NCBI GenBank assembly: GCA_964016885.1
Contig: OZ024741.1
Span: 56,358,001-56,422,000, forward strand
Length of the DNA stretch: 64,000 bases
From: Eledone cirrhosa
Lineage: Eukaryota
Direction: 5' to 3'
Positions 33,651-44,775 of this stretch are shown here, in pieces. The notes beneath the pieces are model-generated. The model did no database searches, was not told where the DNA came from, and worked only from the letters and a program-made list of their open reading frames with translations. The position numbers were made by a program, and so were the translations under genes. Within the stretch, counting starts at the first letter, position 1; the number at the start of each line of letters is the position of its first letter.

Positions 33651-33864
33651 GGGCGGTGGATTGGCAGTATCGGTAGAGGGTCGGACGCCATGCTTTGCAG
33701 CATAGAGTTACGGCCCTTTATGATCTGAGTTAAATCCCGCTGAGGTTAACTTTGCCTTTCATCCTTACAGGGTTGATAAAATAAAATACCAGTCACGCAC
33801 AGGTCGATTTAATCAACTTTCCCCTCCCCCAAAATTGCTGGCCTTGAGCCTATATAAGAAACCA
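33651..33864 (+). mobile_element. SINE family A copy with clear TSD
   Basis: Flanked by ataatatatagccagaca on both sides. Confidence 0.9.
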
Positions 33865-34337
33865 TAATATATAGCCAGACATCATTCACTCCCTTTCCTT
33901 TGGTAAGCAACTCTCCACTCTCACCTTCTACTTCCTATTATTACCTTCCTAACCAAGCTGTGGACACAAGTACCCTAGTGTTGAAATGTTGTAGTGCCAG
34001 TGCCACAACAAAAAATACAGACAGTCCACACTGTAAAGTGATAGTGCTGGTGTTATGATAAAATGCATTCAGTCTATCCTGTAAAGCAGTAGTTGTGGTG
34101 CCATGATAAAATGCACCCAGTCCATTCTGCTAGGTGGTAGTGCTAGTGCCATAATAAAACACACCCAGTATATTCTTTGAAGTTTTTGGGGTTAGGAAAC
34201 CCACTCATCCATAGAAACTATCCCAAAATAAAATGTATAAGCAAGACATTTGTCTGACCTGCCTGTTTAGTTTCAGAACATGACAACCCATCTAACCCAC
34301 ACAAACATGGAAAATTGACATAAAATGATGATAATAA

Positions 34338-34880
34338 TCATTTCTATTATAGGCGCAAAGTCAGAAATTTTGGGGGAGGGGAAAGTCGATTAAATCGACT
34401 CTAGTGCATTACTGTACTTTATTTTATCGACCTCGTAAGGATGAAAAGCAAAGCTAACCTCAGTGGGATTTGAACTCAGAACGTAAAGGGCCATAACTAT
34501 GTCGCAAAGCATGGTGTCTGACGCTCTACCAATACTGCCAATCCACTGCCCTAAAATGGTGATAGTAATGATGATGATCGGCAGACTGATATGCTAGATG
34601 ATTGGAGAAGTTATAGATTTCTTGTTTCATAAGTAGCAGATGTCTTAATCCATTAATAACAGATTCATCAACAATAGATATCTAGGATCATTATTAGATT
34701 GGCAGTATCGGTAGAGGGTTGGACGCCATGCTTTGCAGCAAAGAGTTACAGCCCTTTATGGTCTGAGTTCATATCCCGCCGAGGTTAACTTTGCCTTTCA
34801 TCCTTATGGGGTCAATAAAATAAAGTACCAGTAATACACTGGAATAATTGCTGGCCTTGTGCCAAAATTAGAAACAATTA
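34338..34880. mobile_element. Two SINE family A copies in opposite orientation (~34338-34552 minus, ~34696-34880 plus)
   Basis: Core domain and B box on each strand. Confidence 0.8.
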
Positions 34881-35846
34881 TTAGTGTATGCCTTGACTCA
34901 CAAATGGCAGATGTTAGATCTATTACTAGCAAACAATTTGATTCATAAGTAGCGGATATCTTGATCTATAAATAACATGCTTTGATTCATGAGTAGCAAA
35001 TCACTAAATCTATTAGTAGCAGATGTCCCAATCCATAAATATTGTCTGATCCACAATCAGCAGATTTCTTCATCCATTAAAGCAAACACAATTGTCCATA
35101 AGTATCCAGTGTCTTGATTCACAAATACAATATGTACTGATCTATTAATAGCAGATGTCCTGATCCATTAATAGCAATGTATTGATAATCCATTAGTAAT
35201 AGCTACCTCAAGTAGTAAACATTGTAATCCATTAGTAACAAATGCTGCATTACCATGTAATAGAATTCATTGCTATTATTGTTGGAGGCGAGATACTACT
35301 AGCTAGATGTAATTAATTTTCCTCAATAAATTTCCATGGCCCTTGTACTTTAGATTTGGATGAAGGATGGACACTCCACTGTTCAGGTGTGGAGCATGAA
35401 TCTTGGATAATGACTGATAGATCATGAATATAAGTGACGGAAATGGGGTTCCACAAAGGGTCTTTAGAATAATGTTACTCAATAGTGTGCATAGCTTGGA
35501 GATTAGGGAGCCACTCTCCCAGTAGAGCCACTACTTTTCTGCATTGAGAAATCATAGCTTCAGAACTATAAACATGTGGTTAAAATGTCTAAGAAATGAA
35601 TATCTGGACATTTTACAAGCAAAGCCAACCAGTAAGAGACCCAGAGGTAGTCCATGAACAAGATAGTTGGATAACAACTATCAACTTGGTTAGTCATACT
35701 TGGAGATCCATCCAGATTATTTGGAGACGGTTGCTTTTGGGGACTTTGCCCCTATACCCTCTCGGGAATAAGTGAGTAGAGAAGGAGGAGGAGAAGAAGA
35801 AGTGTCTATGTTAGAAACAGTTATTCTTGTTATTTTGCCAATCATC

Positions 35847-36058
35847 AGGGTTGTGGATTGGCAGTATTGGTAGAGCGTCAGACAACTTGCTTTGTGGCAT
35901 AGAGTTACAGCCCTTTAGTTCTGAGTTCAAATTCCTCCGAGGTTAGCTTTGCTTTTCATCCTTACGGAGTCAATAAAATAAAGTACCAGTCACACACTGG
36001 GGTCGATTTAATCAACTTTCTCCTCCCCTTCAAATTGCTGGCCTATAGTAGAAATCAT
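35847..36058 (+). mobile_element. SINE family A copy with TSD
   Basis: Flanked by ttattttgccaatcat. Confidence 0.88.
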
Positions 36059-36573
36059 TATTTTGCCAATCATTTTTCTGGAGTTGATAAAATAAAGTAT
36101 TAGTCAAGTATTGGTGTTGGTATAGTCAACTTTCTCTTCCCCTACAAATTGTTGGTTTTGTACACAGATTATAAATCATTGTTATTAGAGCTAGGGATGG
36201 CAGAATTGATAGAGCACCTGACAATATTCAGTTATGTCCTCTTTATGTTCTGGGTTGCTTTTCATTCTTCTAAGGAACAATGTAATATGTACCAGTCAAG
36301 TAGTGGGGTCAATATATGTGATTTTGTTCTTCCAATCTGCAATAAATTTGTAACCTTGTGTCAATATTTCTAAATTCATAAATCATTTTCATATTATATC
36401 ATGAATATGTTAAAAATTTCTATTATTATTATACCTTGTGTTTTCTCTTTGGTGATGTCCTCTTTCATTTACTTGACATAAACCCTTCTCTGTGTTGCTT
36501 TTGTCCTTGTATTGCCTCCAGTGTCTTAGGCCCCTGGGGCCCAAAATAGAAATCATTATTATAATTGTTGTTG

Positions 36574-36757
36574 AGCGGTGGATTGGCAGTATCGGTAGAG
36601 GGTCGGACGCCATGCTTTCCAGCATAGTTACGTCCCTTTACGATCTGAGTTCAAATCCCGCCGAAGTTAACTTTGCCTTTCATCCTTACAGGGTCGATAA
36701 AATAAAGTACCAGTAATGCACTGGGTGATTGCTAGCCTTGTGCCAAAAGTAGAAACA
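36574..36757 (+). mobile_element. SINE family A copy with TSD, just upstream of a SMARCAL1 acceptor
   Basis: Flanked by attattataattgttgttg. Confidence 0.9.
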
Positions 36758-36791
36758 ATTATTATAATTGTTGTTGTTTTTTGCTCTCTAG

Positions 36792-36969
36792 GATCCCAGA
36801 CAGAAAACCCTTCTTGAATGCTTTGAAAAATCTTTCATTGAAGAATCAAGTCTAGATAGCAGCTCACTAAATGATGACGACTCACTGGATGATAACACCA
36901 TGCTATCTGACAGTAAGTCAGTGTCTGTAAAGGAAAATAGAGAAGCAAAGAGTCAGTGCAACAATGGAG
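36792..36969 (+). CDS. SMARCAL1: SMARCAL1 penultimate coding exon (3' boundary may instead be 36912)
   Basis: ctctctag|DPRQKTLLECFEKSFIEE..., equivalent to SMARCAL1 DPKQQKIYDLFQKSF; two candidate phase-1 donors (gtaagt at 36913, gtattt at 36970). Confidence 0.82.
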
Positions 36970-38194
36970 GTATTTGTTTGTCAATTTCAATCATTTTTTA
37001 TGGTTTAGAACTAAGGCATGGGTGTGGGGTTAAAAATTTTGCTCTGCAACCACATGGCTTGAGGTTCTTTCCCTCTGCATGTCACCTTGGTTAAGTGTCT
37101 TCCAATTTCTTGTGAATGAATTTAATAGATGAAAATTGTATGGAATTGCAACATCAACAACAGCTACAACAACATTTCTCTACACAACATTCATCACAGA
37201 TTCAATTTCTCTCATTCTTCTGCAATTTATGTATCTCTAAGTGATACTCGGCTTATCCACCAAGCCATTCTCATTTTTATTTTTACAGCCTTTTCTGCTG
37301 CTCGATGTTCATCACACATTCTTGCTCCCATGGCATTGTATGTAAGCCCATTCATCATCACCATTTAGCAGCCATTTTCCACGCTTGCATGGGTTAGAGA
37401 GTTGTTGCATGCTGAGGCTGGATGAATCAGGTGACTAGGACATGCTTGTATGCTTTGTTTTTTAACACCAACCACTGTACAGCATGTACTGTACCGAGAG
37501 CATGGTTTCTATGGCTGGATACCTTTTTTAACACCAGTCATTTTACAGCGTGTACTAAAAGCATTTTATCGAGAGTCTAGCACTACCACCATACAGGCTT
37601 GACTTGGTGATTTTTATCATGGCACCAGCACTTTCACCTTACAAGGTAGACTGAGTACCTTTGTCATAGCACCAGCACTGCCATTGTATAAGGCAAATTG
37701 GTGTATTTCATTGTGGCACCATAACTACCTCATTACATGTGGCCAATAAAGAATTTATCATTTTTTTAAATGTATATTTTTTAGTCTTCTTTATAAAACT
37801 TTCTCTCACACAAAAAAACCCATGCTTTATTGTCCTTACCCTCCTTGTTGTCTTCTTAATGTTAGCCCTGTGTGGCTAATAAAGACCCATTATTCATCAT
37901 CATCATTTTACGTCCGCTTTTCCCTGCTTGCAAGGGTGAGACGGGAACTGATTCTGGCTTGATTTCTGCAGCTGGATGCCCTTCCTAACACCAACCTCAT
38001 TTACAGTGAGTGCTGGGTGCTTTTTTGCCGTGGCAACTCCACGATCACTTTGCAGTGGAATGATAAGGACCCCAGTCCTATCATCTCATTTCTACAGCTG
38101 AGTAAACTAGAGCAATGTGAAATAAAGTGTCTTGCTCAAGGAAACAACACATCACCCGGTCTGAGATTTGAACTCACATTGTTATTATTATTAC

Positions 38195-39457
38195 AAGGAT
38201 GATAAATTGGCAGAATCAGTAGAGCGCTGGACACCATGCTTTGCAGCAGAGTTACGGCCCTTTACATTCTGAGTTCAAATCCTGCCGAGTTTAGCTTTGT
38301 CTTTCATCTTTACAGGGCCGATAAAATAAAGTACCAGTAATGCATTGGGATCGATTTAATCGACTTTCCCCACTCCCAAAATTGCTGGCCTTGTGCCTAA
38401 AGTAGAAATCATTATTATTATTATAAAAGGCTGTGGATTGGCAGTATCGGTTGAGAGTTTGACGCAGAGTTACGGCCCTTTCCATTCTGAGTTCAAATCC
38501 TGCCGAGGTTAACTTTGCCTTTCCTCCTTACGGGGTTGATAAAATAAAAGTACCAGTAATATACTGGGTAATTGCTGGCCTTGTGCCAAAAGTAGAAACA
38601 ATTATTATTATTATAAATTAACAACAACAACAACAACAATAATAATAATTGTTTCTACTTTTGGCACAAGGTCAGGAATTATCCCAGTGAATTACTGGTA
38701 CTTTATTTTATCGACCTCGTAAGCATGAAAGGCAAAGTTAACCTTGGCGGGATTTGAACTCAGACTGTAAAGGGACGTAACTCTATGCTACAAAGCATGG
38801 CGTTTGACAACAACAATAATAATTGTTTCTACATTTGGCACAAGGCCAGCAATTACCCAGTACATTACTGGTACTTTATTTTATCGACCCCGTAAGGATG
38901 AAAGGCAAAGTTAACCTCGGCGGGATTTGAACTCAGATCATAAAGGGACGTAACTCTATGCTTCAAAGCATGGTGTCCGACTCTCTACCGATATTGACAT
39001 TCCACTAATAATGGTTTTGATTTAGACACAAAGCGAGCAATTTTGGGGGTGGAGGGGAAAGTCGTTTAAATTGACCTCAGTGTGTTACTAGGGCTTTATT
39101 TTATCTATCCTTACGGGTTTGATAAAATAAAGCACCAGTAACACACTGGGGTCGATTTAAACGACTTTCCCCTCCACCCCAAAAGTTGTTGGCTTTGTGT
39201 CTAAATCAAAACCATTATTATTGTTGTTGTAAGGGCGGTGGATTGGCAGTATCGGTAGAGTGTCGGACGCCATGCTTTGCAGCATAGAGTTACGGCCCTT
39301 TATGATCTGAGTTCAAATCCTGCAGAGGTTAACTTTGCTTTTCATCCTTACGGGGTCGATAAAATAAAGTACCAGTAATGCACTGGGGTCGATTTAATCG
39401 ACTTTCCCCTTCCCCAAAAAATTGCTGGCCTTGTGCCTATATAAGAAACCATTATTG
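38195..39457. mobile_element. Cluster of SINE family A copies (+,+,-,-, palindromic pair, +)
   Basis: Repeated core domain on both strands, separated by (ATT)n/(AAC)n tails. Confidence 0.88.
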
Positions 39458-40142
39458 TGGTTTTTGTTTTTTTCTTTTTTCATTGCAGTGAAGCCTTTGC
39501 TCAGTTATTGCCTGTATAGTTGTTGTTTAACCCTAGCTTTGATAGAGCAGTCTTTTGTTCAAAGGCATCTTATCTCTTTTACACCAGCATTTTGTTCTTT
39601 GCACTACATTACCCAATGTATTCTTGCTTTCTTAAGATGCTGGGGGTGGTGGGGTGGAAGGTGATTTGAAGGAGAATTAGCTATTATTTTTAGTAGCTCC
39701 AATGACCACTGTTATTGCTATTAACTCTTTAGCATTTACATTGCTCTATATATACTATTGTATTTTTGTGGGAAAGGCTTTATCTTACATAATTATCTCA
39801 CATAATATCGAATCTACAAGATTTTGATGTTATATATTTTGAGAACAATACCATAACATCAGTATGAGTGGCCAGTTATGGCCAGTTTGAACAGAAAGAC
39901 GTGAGAGAATTTTGGCCGGATACGGCTGGTTTAAATGCTAAAGGGATAAAGTAAAAACAAAATAGCAAAGCCGATCTCTCTCCTGGTTAGAACACAGATG
40001 ATTTTTTTTTGAGAGAGAAAGAGAGATCAACTCCAGTATTAGACTGGGACTTTATTTATTGACCTCGAAAGGATGAAAGGCAAAGTTGACTTCATCTATT
40101 GCTATTAGTTAATAATAAACATCTATTTGATTAATTTTACAG

Positions 40143-40336
40143 TTTCCAAGGCTCAACAGTCGGCAATTACGTCACATTTCAAAACGAAACCTACTGATAC
40201 TACAGATAATCAGGAAGATGAAGATTTCAGCAAAGAATTTGATGATGATCTTGATTGGTTAATGGAGGATGTTGACTGGAATGATGCACTTGCTGTTAGT
40301 GAACCTGTGGTAAAAAAAATTAAGAAAGAGTTGTGA
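40143..40336 (+). CDS. SMARCAL1: Probable SMARCAL1 terminal coding exon
   Basis: ttttacag acceptor, phase 1 matches the previous exon; SKAQQSAITSHFK...acidic tract...PVVKKIKKEL-TGA; downstream AATAAA signals near 41018-41210. Low conservation, so assigned by splice logic. Confidence 0.7.
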
Positions 40337-40550
40337 TTCAGCTCATTTGGTTTGTTACTGGACAAAATTCTGTTTTTCTGTTGATATCAGCTGTGATATT
40401 ATACTTCAAAGACATCATTATTTTGATATATTTCATATACATCATATGTCTATAATGATATAAACATATGTTGCTAAATCATCTCACTCTATTTTTTTGT
40501 CTAGTCATTTATTAACATTACTTTTAATGGAAGTAGGTGAGTAGAGTGAA

Positions 40551-40842
40551 GGCGCATGGCCTAGTGGTAAGGGTGTTGGGCTTACAATCATAATGTTGCG
40601 GGTTCCATTCCTGGGCTGGGTTGCGTGTTGTGTTCTTGAACAAAACACTTCATTTCACATTGCTCCAGTATACTCAGCTGAAAATGAGTACCAGCATTAG
40701 CTGGGGGGTTTAACCCTGCGATGGACTGGCGTCCTATCCAGGGGGAAGTCTTGTACTCTCATTTGCTTCATGCCATGAAACTGGGATAAGCACTGGCCTA
40801 ACAAGTTTTCTGGCTTAAGACAGACTTTAGACTTAGACTTAG
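40551..40842 (+). mobile_element. SINE family C: tRNA head, CORE-like and V-domain-like segments, (ACTTAG)n tail; in the probable SMARCAL1 3'UTR
   Basis: tggcctagtggtaag (A box), ggttccattcc (B box), gtgttcttgaacaaaacact, tgcgatggactggcgtcctatccaggg. Confidence 0.75.
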
Positions 40843-41611
40843 GTGTTTAGAAAATTGAGAGGAAGTGTCGGAGGTTGGATTGAGTGCTTTGCGGCATATT
40901 TGCTCTCGTTTTCTGCCAATGAATAGGGAAATAATTGTCATGTTTGCTAAAGCTTCCCATTAAATTTCTACTACAGATATGTTTTATTCTTACATCATTA
41001 AGACAATTATGATAGGAATAAAAATATAAATATTACAGCATCCCATCACTCATTCTAAAAGTTTTGTAAAATATATTTTTTTTAAATGTTTTACGATAAC
41101 AAAATAAACGAGTGTTACATCTTCCCATTTTAAGACTTTGAGGCTTACAAATATGTGAAAAAATTCTTACCTATTTTATAATAATAAAGGAATTACAACA
41201 GTTAATAAATGAAAATTTTAAATGTAGCTTTATTTTCCATTTTTTTCTATTTTAATATTGTTGAAATCATGCAAGCATGGAAAGCTTGTATACTCATCAT
41301 CATCATCATTTAACATCTATTTTCCACACTAGCATGGGTTTGAGGTAAGTCAGGTCAAGTGATTGTGTCTTGCTCATACAGAACTATTTTTAGCTTGATT
41401 TTTATGACAGGATGCTCTTCCTACTAATGATAACCACATTTACAGTGTGTGCTAAGTGCTTTTTGTTGTGACACCTACGCAATCACTTTACAGTGTGTGC
41501 TGTGTGCTTTTTGTTGTCGCACCTATCGACCACTTTAGAGTGAGGGCTGGGTGCTTCTTGTTGCGACACCTATACTGCTAATGCAAATCGCTTTCTTCAA
41601 GGCCACCCCCA

Positions 41612-42662
41612 TTACACATCGATTTTCCTCTCATTGTGAAATGACTCACTGTACAAAATGAAGTGAATGTCCAAATATGACATTTGCACAAAAAAAATCT
41701 TTTTTATTATTGCTTGTACTCCATTCAAATGCCCTGCAACCGCACTCGTTCCATCATAAGTTTGTGCAATGAATTTTTGGTTACAGTTGAATTCATTAAG
41801 AAATATTCGGACTTCTTCTGTCAGCAATACAACTCTTCTATCTTTACTGACATCGACATATCACAAAAACCTTTCATGAGTCCTTTCCTTCTCATCAACA
41901 AATCACAAAACTTATGACAATTGAGATTTAATTCAAAGATCTGTAGTCTCATCAAACATAAGAGCAACAAATGATGTTTTTTTTTCGATCTTAATTTGAA
42001 ATTCAATTGTAGCAACTATACAATTAATGATCGTTTTGAATATCTCTTGAAAGTCCAGAAAATAACCATTAGCATTTTTCTTTGTGAGATGTAAATGCAA
42101 TCTTAATCATCGTATTCTACTACTGCTTCACATATAACCAGAAAATTACCCTTATTGTTTGATCCTTCTGTTTCATCGTGTCCTTGAAATGATAATTCTT
42201 GACAGGCTAAAATTTCAATACAATGAATTAACCTTTTCAATATATTACAATGTTTCTTGCCTGGTCTATTATGCACTGAATCAAAGCTACTTTCAGTGAT
42301 CGATTGTTGTATTAATTTGATGTCAGTCAAAGGTTTTCAAAGCTATTACGGAATTCAGATGGTTCCAAGATTTTTTGTGCCTTGTCAAATCACAGCAGCT
42401 GGTGTCCATGTGTTCTTTTGCTGACAAAATATCAGACATGGGAAACAGAACAATTTGTTCAGAATGGGACATCCTGTCATTCATTCATACTGTTCATAAT
42501 ACTTGGAATCAAAGTAATAATATTTTTTGCTGCCCACATTGGTTTTGATTTTCAGTTCAAGCTTTGGCTTCTCTCTTCCGAGAATGATAATATTCTTCTC
42601 TTCAAAGCTTCTTTTTGCAAAAGATCAGGAAAGTAGAGAGGAAACTGGCTCTTTTGCCATCA
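41612..42662 (-). pseudogene. hAT-superfamily transposase remnant (ZMYM1/DUF4371-like)
   Basis: Fragments LACQELSFQGHDETEGSNNKGNFL and AQTYDGTSAVAGHLNGVQA in broken frames. Confidence 0.75.
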
Positions 42663-43585
42663 TGAGAGTGAATGAAAACATGAAAAATGTTACTGGGTTA
42701 TAATTTTTTTTTTATGAATTGAAGCTGTATTCTCAGAAAAAATGTTGGTGTAGTTTACTTTTTTACGTAACTTTTAAGAAATAATTTTAAATATTTGAAA
42801 TTAAATTTGAAAGTACTGGAATGGATGAAAACTACATTTTTAATCACAAAAAATAAATCTTGCCGGTTGCTCCTTTTTTGCTCCAAATGTGAACTAGTCA
42901 AAGAGAAAATTCTAGGTGGTGGTCACATGTTGGAATCTGTGTCTTAATAGTTGTAAAAAAGGAACTTTTGATGTGACATTAGGGTCACCAAATATTCCAT
43001 ATATACTCTTCAGTGCCAAATGAAATAAAACAGAATCAACAATAAAACTTGCAAATTGACTAAATATCCATTTCTCATCTAAATCTGTCTGAAAGCTTTA
43101 AGTCCTTTGAACATGCGAGTTTTTGATTACAGCTACATGGGGCATTAAAAACGTCAGCGCTTCAGGGGAAATATGTTGAGAGCATGCCTGCAGTTTAATA
43201 CGACTGGAAGGCAAGCAGAAAAAAAATTAGGTGTCACGACAAAAATCCTCCAGCCCACACTGTAAAGTGGTTGTGTAGGTGCCACAGTAAAAAAACACCC
43301 AGTACTCACTGTAAATGGAGTTTGTGTTAGGAAGGGCATCCAGCTGTAGAAATCAAGCCAAAATCAGTTACATATTAGCAAGACATGGTCAGCTGACCTG
43401 GCATTGCCCACAACAGGAAAACCCATGTGAGTGTGGAAGAACGGATGTAAAACGGTGATGATGATGTATCGCATAGAGATATCCTTCAAGGTAGGATGCT
43501 ATCAACTTGTCGGAACACCATGTCAGGCTTTTTGAATGATTTATCCCTTCTATGGTCTGTGTTTTTCGTATGTATGTATGTATGT

Positions 43586-43905
43586 TTCTCTTTCTCTTAA
43601 TTTCGAGTACATTTTTGACCGGCCACCTTCCTGGTGGCAAGGTTGTAATAGAAAAAAAATTGTCATCCCTTGAATCTCAAGAATGTTTTGCAAATTTTGA
43701 AGATGCCAACTATTGCAGCCATTTGTAGACTATGAATTAGGGTGCTGCACTCTTTGTCCACAAATCCAAATTCAGTTATACTTTGGTCCAAGCGGGTTGG
43801 TATATAACCTGTAGCTCCAATAATGATGGGTATGAAGCTGAAGGTGTATCTTGGATACTGGATCTGCAAACTGCTCATCAATGGTCCGTAGATGTCCTCC
43901 TTCTC
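43586..43905 (-). mobile_element. 3' fragment of a restriction-like-endonuclease non-LTR element (R4/Dong-like)
   Basis: ORF ...FIPIIIGATGYIP...LQMAAIVG resembles the P-hh-h-GA-G C-terminal motif of RLE elements; flanked by (TATG)n on both sides. Confidence 0.55.
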
Positions 43906-44189
43906 TTATTTATTTGTTTGTATGTATGTATATTCTTCTGGTTTTATAATTTCACAAATTTTTTCCCATTAGAGAGAGAGTCAGTTTCTATCCCCACCAC
44001 CACCACATAAGTCATTACCCTATCTACACTAAGACCTGTTGACGAACTGCTAACTCCTTTGTTGAATGTGTGTATATATATATGTATGTATGTGTGTGTA
44101 TATATGTATGTATAACCCATGCTAGCGTGGAAATTGGACGTTAAACGAAGATGATGATGATGATGATGTCTCAGTGGATGGACCAGATT

Positions 44190-44775
44190 TCAACACAGCA
44201 ACAACTACAGCAACTGCAACAACAGCGACAGCAATAACAACAACAGCAACAACATCATTGTCTGTGTTGAATGTGTGTGTATGTGTATATATATATATAT
44301 GTGTATGTATATATATGTATGTTTATATATCACACATGCGAAGCGAACAAATTTCAGAATTTCAACCCAGCAACTACAACAACAGCAACAGCAACAACAC
44401 CATTGTCTGCAGCAGCAGCATCAGTGAAATGAACAACAACAACAAAAACAATGACAACAACTGCCACCACCATCACTGACACCACCACCACCACCACCAC
44501 CACCATCACTGACACATCCGCCACCTTCACCGCCACCACCACCACCATCACTGACACTATCCACCGCCATCACCATCACTGACACCATCCACCACCTTCA
44601 CCACCACCATCACCACCATCACTGCCACAATCCACCACCGCCACTATCACCATCACTGACACCATCCACCACCTTCACCACCACTACTACCACCACCACA
44701 ACCATCACCACTACCACTACCATCATTGGCACCATCCACCACCATCACTGACACCATCCACCACCACCACCATCA
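44190..44775 (+). repeat. Low-complexity (CAA)n, (TA/TG)n and (CAC/CAT)n tracts
   Basis: Directly visible simple repeats. Confidence 0.9.

Noticed and set aside
34570-35240. Degenerate ~23-bp repeat (tagcagatgtcttgatccattaa-like)
   Set aside because: Visible but highly eroded, with no evidence of function; not listed as a feature.
35200-35800. Possible old LINE endonuclease remnant
   Set aside because: Too degenerate to support a family call or boundaries by eye.
17165-40336. Assignment of the host gene to ZRANB3
   Set aside because: The post-helicase sequence (GLS..F...DPRQK...FEKSF) follows SMARCAL1 and the gene stops without NZF or HNH domains.
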